Part shown: piece after piece, positions 1-13,829 of the stretch
How positions within the stretch are numbered: the first letter of the stretch is position 1
Layout of the letters: each line of letters opens with the position of its first letter
Origin: Marsupella aquatica
Taxonomy: Eukaryota; Plantae; Marchantiophyta
Direction: 5' to 3'
Length of the DNA: 64,000 bases
Assembly: GCA_973895155.1 (NCBI GenBank)
Contig: OZ316892.1
Span: 8,796,148-8,860,147 of the forward strand
Program-made: the position numbers and the translations under genes
Notes under the pieces: model-generated
The model's database searches: none
What the model saw: the letters and a program-made list of their open reading frames with translations, nothing else
Told to the model about the DNA's origin: nothing

Positions 1-2305
1 TGTAATTCATCGGCAGAGTAGTTCCGGCACCAAATAGTCCAGGTCGGAGAGACCCAGGTTGCATAAGCACAACACTTGTTAACGCAAAGGTTCTTTTTTG
101 GGACGGTTCATTGAAACTTTTGAAGGCCAGCAGCAAATGGATACATTTTTCAAAAGTGACCACCACAAGGAGCAGGACCATCGTGAACGAATTGAGCAAG
201 AGCGATGAGTAGACGACGCAGGACGATGGCATACCTTCACCATGATCATCAGCTGACATCACAATAAACACATATTTGGTTAACGCCACCAGTGTCATTG
301 TCCAGAAGATGATACTAAATATGCCCAAATAGTCCGTTTCACTTGGAGAATCAACCAATTGAATGGTTGGATACACGTATAACGGAGAAGTTCCAAGATC
401 ACCGAAGACAACTCCCAAACTTTGATAAGCCAACACTAAGGTACCCCACGTCCCGTGCTCCTGCATGCCAAGATAACGTCGTCTGAGTTTATCCGAGCAG
501 CATTCAAGAATGTTTCATTCTTGCCTAGTCAAGATCTCTTTGGACCTTCCGGACGGCTTATCTATCAATCTAAGCAAAGTAGCCGATAGACAGAAGACGT
601 GGGTTTTGGTGTACGATTCCACGTAAACCAAGGGGTGCTAATACCGATTCCAGGACAACTTGCTCTTCTGCAGTATTGAAATTGAATTCGAAGCATCTTG
701 ATTGCAGAAACTTTCTAGTTTCATAAACCAAACTGTCTCCTTGCCTCTTATACACTTCCTCGGCTCCAAACACCGAAAGGTCGATGCGTATGACAGCAGC
801 TAAACATGTTAATATACCTTCGTCCAGCGAGGTCGCCATTACTGTGTGCCTCACGACATCAATATTATGAAGAGAACTAAAAGATGGGTCATGGGGTTCA
901 TGCTGACGGTCCAGAATAGACGAGACGATTGGTAACACCCACGAAAAGAATTGCGTTCAGTTCCATCTCAAGGCGCTCAATTCATCCTGACTCTACTTCC
1001 ATCATTTAAAGTCATTAACGAGTCAAACTTCGGGGGCTAAAGTACTCTCGACTCGGATGAACCTCCCTGCTGGTCAATGAAAGGTCCACCTGCCTGCCTT
1101 TCTCGATTCGTGGACTAGACTTTTCATTCTCTATCCGTCCTACCGGTTAATAGACAAGAGGAAGCAGGACGGAGGTGCTAGAAACTCGTGGGATAGTTAC
1201 GAAGGCCAAGAACTACTGACATCGGCTTATTCTTCTTCCATAGCTGTACATTCAATGACAGATCTTGGGCAGTATGCAATTGGATCCTGTGAAGTTAAAA
1301 AATTCTAATCTTTGGAGGATACCTCGACTTCGATTTCGAGCTTTGTGGCACTTAGCGAGGCTTCTGTCAGTCATTTAAGTCTAGCCACCGATGAATCGCC
1401 CATAGGCAACGAACAAGTCGTAATCGCGCAAAGACGGAAGTCCGGTTTCGTTTTCCACGCCACGACCCCGATGACGCTTTTAAACTTTAATGTCACAAAA
1501 TTGCGCTCAGAATTTGTCTCAATACAGGAGGCTCCAGGTAAAAACGAGGAATGTAAAGCGGAACCAACGGAACTATGCGTGCAATAGACCCAAGTGATCA
1601 TGAACTAAAAGGCAAGGTACCTTTAAAGGCTTCGGATCCTTCTCGGGATCCTTTCATTTGGAACAAAAAAGATTCTCCAGAAAGTGGAGGAATAGTAGGT
1701 AACGAAGAGACGAAGTGAACTAATTCATACCACAGAAGAGTAATCTATGCAAGGCCGTAAAGTTCTGTATGTTCCGGAACTACTGTAAGAGGCTAACAGG
1801 TCGCTGCCTTGAACATTTAAGCGAGCCGAAAACAGGAGAAGGTACGAGTTCCAGTTATTCAGTTTGCCAAGTAGGCAGGTCGAGTGACTCGTCCAGCCAG
1901 TCGTTGTATCGTTTGCATATCAAGGAAGGTTTACGACGTAAAGGACTTGAGTGGGTACCACAATTAATTACTTGAAATCAACTATGCCCCTACCTGTTAT
2001 TGTAAGCCGAGAGCTTGAAATCGAATTACAAATGTGTTCGGGATTTGAAATAAATTACTAACCTCCGGTTGTCGTCTGAAGCCCTTCAAATTGGTATTGA
2101 ACAACTGATTTGACCATTCTCGCCTCAACCGTCGGTGGGGAATCTCATCTGCGCCATTGACCTCGTCTGGCGCAGCGTCCGAAATCGATCCTCTAGCAGA
2201 ACAGGCATTGGGATCGCCTCTTGCGGATAATTCAATTCCATGCTGTCCATTCACTCGAGGTTCCTCGTCCAATCCCGATTCAACGTCACTACTTCTGGTT
2301 GTCAT
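1..2305 (-). CDS. KUP/HAK/KT potassium transporter, 5' part (runs off window start); probable exons 2305-2063, 460-234 and a possibly degenerate exon near 92-1
   Basis: Reverse strand 460-234 translates [32 protein letters not shown]...IFWTMTLVALTKYVFIVMSADDHGEG (KUP signature) with AG/GT boundaries. A phase-0 donor at 2062 after ORF 1997..2389 matches the phase-0 acceptor at 461. The next exon (TFAL..) looks frameshifted. Exon 1 assignment is inferred. Confidence 0.8.
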
Positions 2306-5300
2306 CGTGACTGATACGTGAGGCTCCTCGGTTTCTGCGTGAAGGGACGTAGCTAAGTTAATACAAGCAATGTAGCGCAAGGCCACCAATAAGATCTCGA
2401 AAGAATTGGAACTAGCATCTCTAAGTCAGCACCTCGTGAGAGCAGGAAAAGAATTCCGGGACCCTCAAAGCCAGCTCGCGATATGCGAGTGAGTCAAGTC
2501 ACAAGCGAGACAAAAAGATTGTTGACTAATTTTAATCCAGAGCAGCGGAACTGGCTAACTAAATTACTCCTCAACGACACGATTAAACAAACGTACAGCA
2601 ATGATGAAATTATTACGAAACTAGACGAGCCCAAGAACAAACAAATGACAGATTTGAGATCGCAAAGCAGCGAAGACCAGCACCTAATTCCGCTCCCAAC
2701 TATCGTCCACCAGTACCACTGCCGATTCTTATTAACATTTCGTAGCAGAGTGGTACAGATACACACGATTCAAAGTATCGACGAATGCTATGCAGTCGGA
2801 TGAATGCGAAAAGCGCACGCAGCACGCGGTAGGCCTCTACGAAGCGATTCAAACGGAAACAAAGAAAATACTGCGATAATCGCTGCATTGCACATCGAGG
2901 ACCACAACTCGATACGAACACAACCGTGGCAGCCTACCTAATCTGCTCCAGTTCTATAGGGAGACGGCATATCTAGTTCATTGTATATGTATGAATAAAT
3001 AATCTAAAAAAATGTAGGTTCGCAGAGACGTGTAAACCAGCCCTTCTGTGGGGACCATACCTGATACGACGGGGACTGATGCTCCCGGAGACGACTAGGT
3101 GCTCATTTTATACTCCGCAGACCACATCGGTCCACTATGGGAAGTCTTCTTCAACCCTCCTTTGTTCAGAAACGGTCAACCTTTCGCAAAGGCTACCGCA
3201 TCTCTTCCAGCTGAGACGATTTTTGACATGCTCTCACAAACCACACTCTTTACAGAACACTTCACAGAATCAAAGGGAAGTCGAAGTCCGTGAATTCGAA
3301 CGCCAGAGCTCACCTCAGTAAGAAACTGTTCACTCGAGATATCCGCACTGACCGAACGAACGGACAAAGCTCACTAACTGCATACAGCCCCTCGCTGAAA
3401 CCCACAGCCGCTGAGTTTCTCACACAAGCCTACCATCTTACTGGTGGTTCAAAGAAGCACACCAACGCCTCTCCTCCAATCTCCGCAGAAACGTAAGGCA
3501 ATTAAACAAAGCAAAAAGACAAAAAGTCTTCATGTCTCAGTCATACATAGAAAAATTAAAACAAGCACTGAAGAATTAACAACAAAGGGCAGTCGTTGTT
3601 TCACAGTTTGACGACGAAACGCAAGACGGCCATGAGACCATCGGTCTCCCAACCAAAGTCAGCAGCCAGCAACCCATTATTAAACAATCCCCGTCGAGTC
3701 CTTCGCCATAATTACTCGCGAGCTCTGGACTCCGAAATTCCTCTGAGCTCGACGTATCACTGCGCTTTGAGCCGAGAAAACGTAAGGAGCTCACTTTCCG
3801 ACATCGCCATTTATATAGCAGCAGCAGTTGAGAGTGTAGCGAGATACGGTACTGGCCTACTGGGTTTTGACAGGTGTAGGAGTCTCGTAAAGTGAGGGGG
3901 CGACTGGCGGAGAAAGGAGGGAGCCATGGGACCCACCTCACTCGCTACCGGGGCACGCAGCACATCGATGGCCAGTATCCATCTACGGAGGTGAGACGTT
4001 CTACAATGACCGTTGATTTACTGAAAGGCCTGACGGCTCCTGATAAGTCGAGTCAGACGGATGCGCGATCGGTCTGCCGTGCTTGACGGACGCGGCTTCA
4101 TAATAATGGGAATAGAGTAGATATGTGGAATATATGTGAAATAATATAATACGGGGCTATAAATGTATATGTACTTCACGCTACATTATTCTGTTTTTCT
4201 TGTCTTTTCTTTAGAGGACGTATACAATTTGCTTTTACGTAAAACCTGAGATTGAAAATGACGTACTATTAGAGGTAGGTTGGACAATCCGTATGATACC
4301 GACATTCAAAAGTGCTTTTTTTTGGTAAAGGGAGAATTGCCTTTGAACAAGTTGCACAACTAGTTTTTACTTTTTTAATAACTCTTATAACTATCACGAA
4401 TATTGTGGCCCAGAACACGTTTGAGCTGGGTTAGTCAGAGGACCGATCACAGGAGCAGAATCTTGAGTGTCACAGTCAGGGCAGGGATTATTTTGCTTTT
4501 GTTTATAATGGGCTTTGATTATTCCATCTACTCTTGAACCCTGATTACCCGTTCCTAGAATGTAAAGGGAGAGACTAGTAAAACATTTGGATGCTATTTC
4601 TTTTTCATTTTTGGCCCAAAAATGATTCCAAATATTTTTTCTGCACATATTATTCTACAAAATACAGTTTACAATACTAAGAAAGTGCATTTGCAACAGT
4701 TCAGCTACCAAACCTCTTTGGTCACATGCTCTTTGGTCACGGGCCTGATAAAGTTTGTCCCAATTAATAATTTTTGGGTTGCACTTGCTTTCAGTTTTGC
4801 CGCCTTAGAGTCATGTGACTTCACTGTAGACATGTTTGCAGCAAAATTTAAACTGCATTCCCTGAGAAAGGTATTCCAGATAGCAAGTAACACTAGAGCC
4901 AAGGAGTAGCTCCTGTTAATGCATTTTAAAATAATTTGTATACACATCCACATGTATATCTGGTGTGCTTTGATCTGGTTGTGTCCATCCTGTGTGATTT
5001 GATCCGCTATGTTGACAACTTTAGATGTTATTTGAGCATTGTTTTCTATATAATTCTATTAATCAATACAAATGATATCACAAAAGCCTAATCATATATT
5101 AGACTTGACAAAACCAAATGAAAAGTTTGCCTTCGTTTGTTAAATGTTTTTGTTTAGTTCAGAATCATCCAAACTCTATGCCTGACCACCTATGTTTGGT
5201 GTCAAATAGAATCTTGTTTTCTTGAGTTGTTACAAACTGCTTGGAAAGTCTTTCCAATGAACCTAATATAGTCACATTTCCTTGAGAATTGAGAGACCTT

Positions 5301-6364
5301 CAAATTTCAAATATGTCTGCTTGTATTTATTGTAAAAAGGCTTGGATGAGTTTTTGGCAAACGTGGAGGCCTTCCGCTAAACTATTGAATATTTCCAATT
5401 TAATCCAAACTACCCTAGAACTTACCAACGGTAGTGATTTTGTACCCACCTGCAATAATATGTCTAACATGTTTACTCAACATTCCTACGCCCTATAACA
5501 AGAGTATTTTAAAAATAAAATTTCAAACCTAGATTCTCTGCATGATCATAGTCAGTGTGTTTATTTTTGCTAGATTCCATCTCCACAAAAATCCTTTGCC
5601 ACTTTTGGCAAAAATTTGTTACTATTTTGATGGCTCATTAGCCAGTGTTTCACCTAACCCCAGGCCCCATTAGCCAAAATCTAACGGTCAGCCTTAAATC
5701 TAGGGAGATCTGACGGTGAGGAAAATAATTGAATCGGGAATCTTCTGAGCATCTTCTCCCTCACACACTTTACATTCGCCACTCTGGCTAAAAAGTGAAA
5801 TCCTTAAAAAAAATACGCTGGTCATGGTTGGTTCTTGCCTTGCTATTCAATGTAATTGCTTGAACCTGAGTGGCAACGCTATATTGCAGAGCTCATTGCC
5901 TCGTTTGCCATTTGTCGGACTGGAGATGGAGTGTGAGGGCTGGACCACCCTTACCCAAGATTGCCTACTAGTACAAAGGAACAAAATGGAAATTTGGGGA
6001 CCATATTTACGGACCCCCATGAGAGGTCTCTTGCAAATTCCCTGCCACGAGGTTGCACCACATCACCACAACCAGCCACAAACAGGAATTCTACTTTTAA
6101 CAATAACAAACATGCACAATCCTGTTTGTGGCAAAAGCAACATAATTTTTGGGGCGCCATGCCATAAATATTGAACGTAAAAAAACCAAAATACAAAGGG
6201 AAATATGTCATTTAGTAAAATAAAGTTAACATTTTTATGTTTGTCAAAGATATATCAGTGTTTTATATCAAAATGCTTGTATTTTTTAATTGTTTGCAAG
6301 CTTGAAAAAACCAACCAATAGAAATGTACATAGTTAAAACCCCTTTGGCTTCACATTGTAAAAC

Positions 6365-6860
6365 TAAATAATCAATCTCCTTAGTACTTGATAAAATTGT
6401 CAATGTTTGATTCATTGGAAAGATCAAGATTTAGAAACTAGTGACCTCTTTAATATTGTCTTGATAAATTCTCTCAATGTCACACTCATTGGAAAGCTAA
6501 AGTAAAATTAAAAACTCATCATCTCCTTAGTACTTGACAAAATCTATCAAATAATGTTAGGTTCATTGGAAAGCTAGAGAAATTCAGATACTCATGATCT
6601 CTCTAAGTCTTGACGAATAATCTCAATGTCACACATTAGAAAGAGAGAGAGATTGAAAACCTCATGATCTCTTTAGTATCGTGACAAAATCTGACGTAAA
6701 ATTTGTTAATGTCGGACTCAATGTTGGAAAGCTAAAAGAATTCATGGACTCATGGTCAATATTTCTTATACTCACACTCATTGGAAAGGCAAAGAAATTC
6801 AAAAACTCATTTGGAACTTGACAAAATTTGTCAATCTGAGGCTCATTGGAAACCCTTTCT
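6365..6860. repeat. Degenerate tandem array, ~70-80 bp unit
   Basis: Recurring motifs ATCTC(C/T)TTAGTACTTGA(C/T)AAAAT and CTCATTGGAAAG(C/G)TA, about 6-7 copies. Confidence 0.65.
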
Positions 6861-9091
6861 CGATTAAGAGATATCACAATCTCATCACCGTCACAAACTT
6901 AGCTGTTAAAAATTGATTTCTTTGATTACGTCGCCATCCCTTGTCCACAATGCTTGCTTCCCAGCTTGAATTGTTCGCATTCCTCTAGTCTTCAACTGAA
7001 GCTCACTCTGAACACAGGTTGACACTAAATGCAACCTCTATGTCAAAGAAACAATCGTTGGTCTCTCTCTCACACCATAGCTTTCTTAAATAAAACAACT
7101 ACAAATCGTTCATGTGAAGTGATGACTCGTTTGTTTTGTGTGTTCTTCCCATCGAATCGACAAGCGCTCTTTTGCCAATAGCTAAGTGTTATCCTCCAGT
7201 TTGTCTTGTGGCAGTAATGCTCAATGTAACTCACAAATGATCAATCATGAATGATAAAAACACGATTTCTCCAATGTGTAAGCAAAATCCGTCAGAAAAC
7301 TTAATTCCTCCATATTCAACCTTTCGTTGATAAATCTCCTCTATCTTTTGAGCATTTTCTTTTGTACGAGCACACACCAAGACCATCGGGAGACTCAAAA
7401 CCGTAGATTACCGCCTTGTTAAAAATTGATTTCACTTCATCAAACACACATTCCTTGGATGAACATGGGGGTCCACAGATTAATTGTCAGATTCCTTATT
7501 GATTTGAGACCCTGGTTGCCACAGTCATCAATCACTTCTCTGTAAGTCTCTGAAAATCTGACGATATGGATTACTGTATGCATGATCAGGTTAGTGCATG
7601 CCCTGGGCAATAACTTAATATTTTCATTTTTCAAATGATAGCGAAACTAGATAAAGAATACATCTCATTTGAAGCAATATAAGTATACAATGATTGATAT
7701 ATTTCATAATGCTTTAGAATATGCTTAACATGTGCATTGTAAAAAATCTCCAAAGTTTCATAACCATACATACAAGTTTTGTCTTGGTTATTGAAATTTC
7801 AATAACTACTGCATATATCTTTTGTGCTAGAGACAACTCATTACACCCTAACATTCCTCCCAACTTCATGAGTGGCCCACTAGAAAAACAATACTCTTGC
7901 TTCAAGTGGAGCGGGGTTTCAAGACAGACCCAGGTCTTTTCCTCGCTGTATGCTTGGGTCATTTACATATTGTAATGGGTGCAGTGACATTGATGAGTAC
8001 ATTATTTATGAAGCTGAAGTGGAGTTGTAAAGATTCATTTTCTCATTCATAAATATTTAAAAGCTAAAGGGGAATAAATTTTTGATGCTACTATACAACC
8101 CACATTTCATATTTTGTCTTGCTCTAACTTTTTGCTGTGTATTTTTATTGCAATGTGGCTTAACAAGGTGCATCATTAATTGCTCTGGGATGAGCTAACC
8201 TTGCTATAAGGGGAGTTCTTACAGGTTTTTCTAGCCAGCTGTTTTTTAATTCGATGACATCATGCTCACAAAGGGTATGACATCATGGAAGGGTATGACA
8301 TCATGGAATATTATCATACAAATCAGACTCTACTACATATGCACTTTACATCTTGCTTGGGATTTCTAAACAAACTAGCCCCAACTAGAGTACAATAAAA
8401 GTGTCAACAAAGTATATTCTCTATTCACATTTAATGAAATGATGAAAGTTGCAAGGGGCTTGGGAAAGCTTTCTAGCTATGGACACACCCTAGAGACTCT
8501 TTTTACACCAGTTCAACTACACTCCTCCACTCATTTCTCCACGGAATCCAGTTTTCTCAATTGCATTAGCTTGCTCTTGTTGAGGCGCATCAAATAGATA
8601 TCAAACACGCCACAAACGGAATCGTATCGACTTACTTATAGTCACATTAGGTTTCGATGTTTTTCTGTATTTTTTCTGCAACTTTCACCTTCCTTTCGAC
8701 TGTCATATCTTGGTTCATCTTTCACGGATTCCGCATTTCTCAAGTGTTTTGGATTGCTCTTCTCTATGAGCTTCAAATTGATCCCACGAGCAGTCCAATT
8801 GGACTCATATTGCCCTGATTGGACCTTGATTTGATTTCTCATTTTTTCTTCAATTTCACACGTACTCTCTCTCAATTAGGTTTCCTCCCCAATTTGAGGT
8901 GACGGTTTCCCTTGAACCACACCTGCCATTATAAAAGCCTCATTCCATGTCTCACTACTCACCATAAAAGGTGTAACACTCACACCTTTTGTGGAGTACT
9001 TGCCAAAAAAAAAGTTTTGCAGTCAGCACCTTTTGTGGAGCTCAAAACCCATTTCTGAACTTGTGGTCTTTACAATGAGAGCTACGGGTAA

Positions 9092-9449
9092 TGTCATGCC
9101 GAGGGACAGTGTCTCTTATGCACATCGACATGTCCCTTGCCTGCCCGCTAGGTATGTAGTTAGGGCTAGTGTACTACCTGAGTTAGCGACATGTTCTTGT
9201 AGCAAGTCTGGGCCGTTGTTGAAGCAAATGTGCTTGTTAGTGTGACGCCAGGACTTTGCTTGCTTAGGGCATGTCTTTCTTTGTGGGTTTTCAGTTCTTC
9301 TTGAATCACTGTTGACAGAGCTCAGACAGTGCTCGTCGGTTCCGTACACGGGATTCACACAGTGATTCGTTAGATACTCCCGGCTGATCTTGGCATCCCG
9401 CCGGTTTTTGATTCGATTTCAGTACGATTGTTTCTCTTACGCCTTTTAT
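9092..9449 (+). repeat. Direct repeat A1 (358 bp)
   Basis: Matches 18250-18607 with about 3 transitions by eye. Confidence 0.95.
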
Positions 9450-9461
9450 TCAAGAAGAACT
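9448..9461 (+). promoter_or_regulatory. Putative self-priming primer-binding site (Tf1/sushi-like)
   Basis: ATTCAAGAAGAACT is the exact reverse complement of AGTTCTTCTTGAAT at 9293-9306 inside repeat A and lies at the 3' edge of A1. Confidence 0.7.
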
Positions 9462-9929
9462 CTGTCGCCGGGTTAGCGGTGAAGGGAAGAAGATCGGAGA
9501 CGCTGTGCTTCTCAATTGCTCGAGACAGTTGACGCTTTTCCGCTGATGCCGGTGCAATTTCTATGGAAAAACATTGAGAGATGGGGTGGAAGTTATGGCT
9601 TTTGTGTATACACTTAAGTATATACACTTAAGTCAAACAGGCCCCCCCCCTCACTCTTTTCCTTCGCGCTTTGCTTTCAGGGTTTTCCATTTCCTGGCCA
9701 CAGTTGCCATCCTGCATCGGCTGCCGTGCGACAACCTCCGCATTGCCTCGGCCACCGTGCGACTGCTTCTCGACTACATAGGGCCTCGCGCCCGTTTTCT
9801 TTTCGCCCTTTGCTGCCATTTTTTGCCTTCGTCGCCTCGCCACTCCTTTCGCATTGGTGTGCAGGCTGTGCATAGGGCATCGTGCCTTTGCCTCGCCCAT
9901 TTTCCTTCCTTCTTTTCCTTACCGTTATC

Positions 9930-10385
9930 AGCAATTAAAGCACTTAGATGAGGGGGAAGTGAGCGCAAGGAAAGGAGAGGGCACGAGGCCCACCAGGAAG
10001 CATTAAAGCAGGAGAGGAGGGGGAGCGAGTGTGCAAGGAGAGGGCACGAGGCCCTATGCTGCAATTAAAGGAGGGGAGGGGAGCGAGTGTGCCAGGATAG
10101 GGCACAAGCCCCTATGTTGCATTAAAAGGAGGGGGAAGGGGAGTTCACATACGACTCCATTCTTTGGGAGTCCCCCTACAGGGCACGGAGCCCACTGTCA
10201 GCATTAAAGAAGGGGGGGAGGGAGAGTACATCGACTCCCTTCTGTGGGGAATACTGTCACCAGGGCACGAGGCCCAATTTCATTAAGGAGGGGAGGGGGA
10301 GCTCGTAGCTTCCCTTTGGAAGCTCTTAAGGTGGGACACGAAGCCCTATGGAGGGCTCATGCCATTAAGAGGGCCCGGTTTGGCC
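9930..10385 (+). repeat. G/purine-rich degenerate tandem repeat (~60-80 bp unit, ~7 copies) in the retroelement 5' UTR
   Basis: Units begin GCA(A)TTAAAG at ~9931, 10000, 10061, 10119, 10201, 10281 and 10361, followed by GAGGGGGA...GGGCACGAGGCCC. Confidence 0.75.
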
Positions 10386-10936
10386 CGGTTTCTTTCGCCT
10401 CGCCCCCTTTCCGCCTTGTAATCCGCCTCTCTCTTTTCTTTTCGGCAGTCGTCTTTCCTTCCGCCTCGCAATGACTTGCATAGGGCCTCCGCAGGCTGCC
10501 TGTGCATAGGGCGCCGTGCCCTGAGTGTGTTTACACACTCGGCCGATTCCCTTGTGCCGATTTTGCTGCCAACGCGCACCCGGTCTCTTTTCCATCGTGC
10601 TTGCTAGTTCCCGGGTCCACATTGGGCCCGATGTATACACTTAACCGGGCCCCATGTTTATACATTTGAAAGGGCCCATGTATACACTTAAGGGGGCCCC
10701 AGGTTTACGTTTTTAAGGGCCCATTTTTCCGGGTCAATCTGGCAAGCACAACACCGGTACAATTGGAGTTTTTAAGGGTCTTTTCTTTGCCGACGGTTTT
10801 CTATGTGTTTACACATTCGACACATTTCTGCCTCACATCGTTTGTTTCCTTTGTGGGTTTTATTTCCTAGCCTTGGGGCTGCCATTTCTTTTTCTTGTCA
10901 GTTTCTTTCCCATTGGCACCCAGGTGAGCATGCAGC

Positions 10937-12512
10937 ATGTCAGCCGACAAGCCAGGAGGTAGCAGCACATCGCCACCGACACCCAGGTACCATTTACGGA
11001 GTGATCCACGACCATTGGTGCCAATTTCATTGGAGTCTCGGCAATTTCGACGACGTCCACAGACAGTAGCAACACCCACACCACACAATCCTTCTGCTCC
11101 ATTTGGCGGTCGCTTCACCACTACTCCCAAGCCTGCTATCACTTCATTGCCATTTACCCCTTCTGCATCCGTGGTTGTTCTTGCTTCACCGACATACAGC
11201 ATGGACGCCAGCCACTCATCTGGCCGCATTGAACGCTTCAGCGGGCGGCCAGGCACTGTTTCTTTGCGTGAGTTCAAATCCACTTTCTACACTGTCGTTT
11301 GCCCATGCTGCTGCTCCTGCCACTTCCCCTCCTACTCCAGTTCCCACCACTGCACCAGTTACTCCCACTCTCTTGGCACAGGCTACATCAGGCATTTCTC
11401 CCACCGTTGATTCTCCTGCCTTTGCTGATCCAGTGGCTGAGTTTTTCCAGGTTCTTGAATTGGAATTCCCCATCAAGAGTGCTGACAAAATCATGCAGTT
11501 GGCCACCTTTGTGAGGCAACGCGATGAAACCTTGAAGATGATGTATTGCTGGCTTCTCAAGCTGAAGAAGGACACCCAGAGCATCACTGACCTGGAAGCT
11601 GCTCATCGCTATCTTCGCGCATTGGAGGGCACACCAGCTCTCCGTTCGCAAGTATTGCAACAAGTATTCTCAGAGTTTGGAGACAGCTACACCCTACTCA
11701 ATGTCTATGACACTGCTGAGAAACTTGAGTTGGCCCATGCACATTATGAGGCCAGTATTGCACATCCACCGCGATCCAGGTACCAGGCTGCTGCCCCTAC
11801 ACTGGCCACCCCTTCCCGTGTGCCACAGTATGGTTCCAAGACCAAGCCAGCCCATGCTGCTTTCATGCTGCCATCTTGCAACTACTATGGTAATCCCAAT
11901 CACAAGGCTAATGACTGTGATATTGTTGCAGAGGACCTGTCTTGTGATTTTTGCGGAAAAGTGGGTCACTTGGAGGCAGTTTGTTTTGCCAAATTCCTAG
12001 AGAGGAAGCAGCTACGACAGCAGGCCCCTCCTCCTGCTCCTGCTTCCACTCCCCCACCAGCTAGGAGGGCTCCTACAGTAACAACTGCTCCTCCTTCCAG
12101 TGGCAAAGCATCCAGTGCCAACAAACCGCCCAAGCAGCAACAGAAGCAACCAGCTCAGAAGGAGGCTCACAACGCACAGGCAACTCAACTCCAGTCTCTG
12201 ACTCATGAGGTTGAGTCCCTACGTGCCCAACTTGCCAACATCAAAGGCAAGTCAACTGCCTCTGCTGGTCCTTCTCAACCAGCTGGTCACGTGCAACCCA
12301 TCCTTGGCCCAGGCACCACTGACAGTTCAGCACCTCTACCCCGCTCTTTCTATGGCTTGCCATTTGATGCTCATATGGGTGAGTGTGTGTTGTACTCTGC
12401 TCCACAGCCTGGCCTTACAGCAGAATTTTCAGATTCATTCTGCCCTTCCTATTTTGCTTACCAGCAGGCCAGTGCTGCCTCCCGTATTTCTCCCACGCGC
12501 CGCATTGTATAG
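10937..12512 (+). pseudogene. Gag of the Gypsy element (frameshift/deletion near 11300)
   Basis: IERFSGRPGTVSLREFK (ORF 10937). Two zinc knuckles in ORF 11103..12512: CNYYGNPNHKANDC (degenerate) and CDFCGKVGHLEAVC. Confidence 0.75.
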
Positions 12513-13149
12513 GCTGATGGTCTTGCTGCTGGTCCTCTAACTAGAGCCAGGGGAGCTCGGGCTGTCATGCCCCAATCCTTTCAGCCACTCACACTTGCTG
12601 AAGAGCGCACCTTGTTGGCGAGGGGGGAGGGAGCTGCAGCTACATCCATTCCACCACCAGGTGCTGCTGACATTTCACAGGGAGTTGTTTCTCCTGAGCT
12701 ACTTGAGCATTTCACCTCCGGTATGGCACAAAGGATTCTTACAACTCCACTTTTTAGTTGCCATGATTTACAGTTGGATGCTAGAGCTGTCATCAGAGCG
12801 CTAGAGGGCTCACTGCATTCTTCATCAGCCCCTGTGACACCGGTTTTTGAGGTCCAATCTCATGTACATACTGGATCTTCTTCTTCTCCATTACATGCTT
12901 CCACTGGTTTGGCTATCCCAGTACCAATTTCCAGTGGTAGAGATGACAGTATTGCTGCAGATTGTGTGACCAGAGCTACACTGGATTCTGGTCATGCTGC
13001 TCCATCTTTCCTGACTATGCTGTTGAATGGAAAGACCGTGGACACTAACTCCCTTCACAAGGTACCTCATCATTTGCCAAAAGTGGTGCCTAGCGACAGG
13101 ACTTCAGTTTCCACCACCATTGCCATTGTTGACAACAGGAATTCAGCAA

Positions 13150-13480
13150 TCAAGTTGGAGGGTCACACTCCTCAGGTGGTCATGCTAGACACAAGCGCTC
13201 AACCAGTGATATTGGGCATTCAGTTTGCCAAGAAGATGGGACTGTTGACTGATCATTTACAGCAATCCAGGTGGCACATTCGGATTGCTAGTGGCACTGT
13301 GGAGGATGTGCTGGGTGAGAGTTCTACTTTACTCACTCTCACTTTTAATGGAGGTACAGATCAGGAACTGCATTTCCCAGTCAGATGTTTGGTTACCAAT
13401 GCCACTACGTATGATGTGCTCATTGGCCAGGAGGCTTTGTTCCCACCAGGTTTTACCATTGACAACGAGCATGCATACTA
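13150..13480 (+). pseudogene. Retroviral-type aspartic protease domain
   Basis: VMLDTSAQP (DTG/DSG motif, altered to DTS), flap IRIASG and YDVLIGQE in ORF 12567..13769. Confidence 0.75.
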
Positions 13481-13829
13481 CAGAGTTGATTGGCATACGG
13501 ATGGCTCACACTTGGGATACATTCCACTTGATATGCATGGTGCCCATACCCCTATGGCTCACCACTGTGTGTTGAAAGTAGTGCACATAGCTACCTATGT
13601 CAACCACCCATTGCAGGATTGGATTGAGGAGGATGATGATGAGGTGGCTACTGCACATGCTGCAGCACTTTCCAGCAACGTGGATCATCAACCAGAGGTG
13701 GTGCAACGGCTCCAAGCAGCCCATGGACCTTTGGTGGCTGCATTGCACAAATTTGAGGACCTTGGGTAGCACAATGGACAACCAATAGCCCCAATCTTGA
13801 GCGCACCAGTTACATGGACTCCTCCTTCA

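Noticed and set aside
570-1975. Short ORFs as independent genes
   Set aside because: No recognisable motifs; they lie within the inferred first intron of the minus-strand KUP gene.
9116-9358. Identical 80-aa antisense ORF present twice (also 18274-18516)
   Set aside because: Simply a consequence of the A1/A2 repeat; no coding features.
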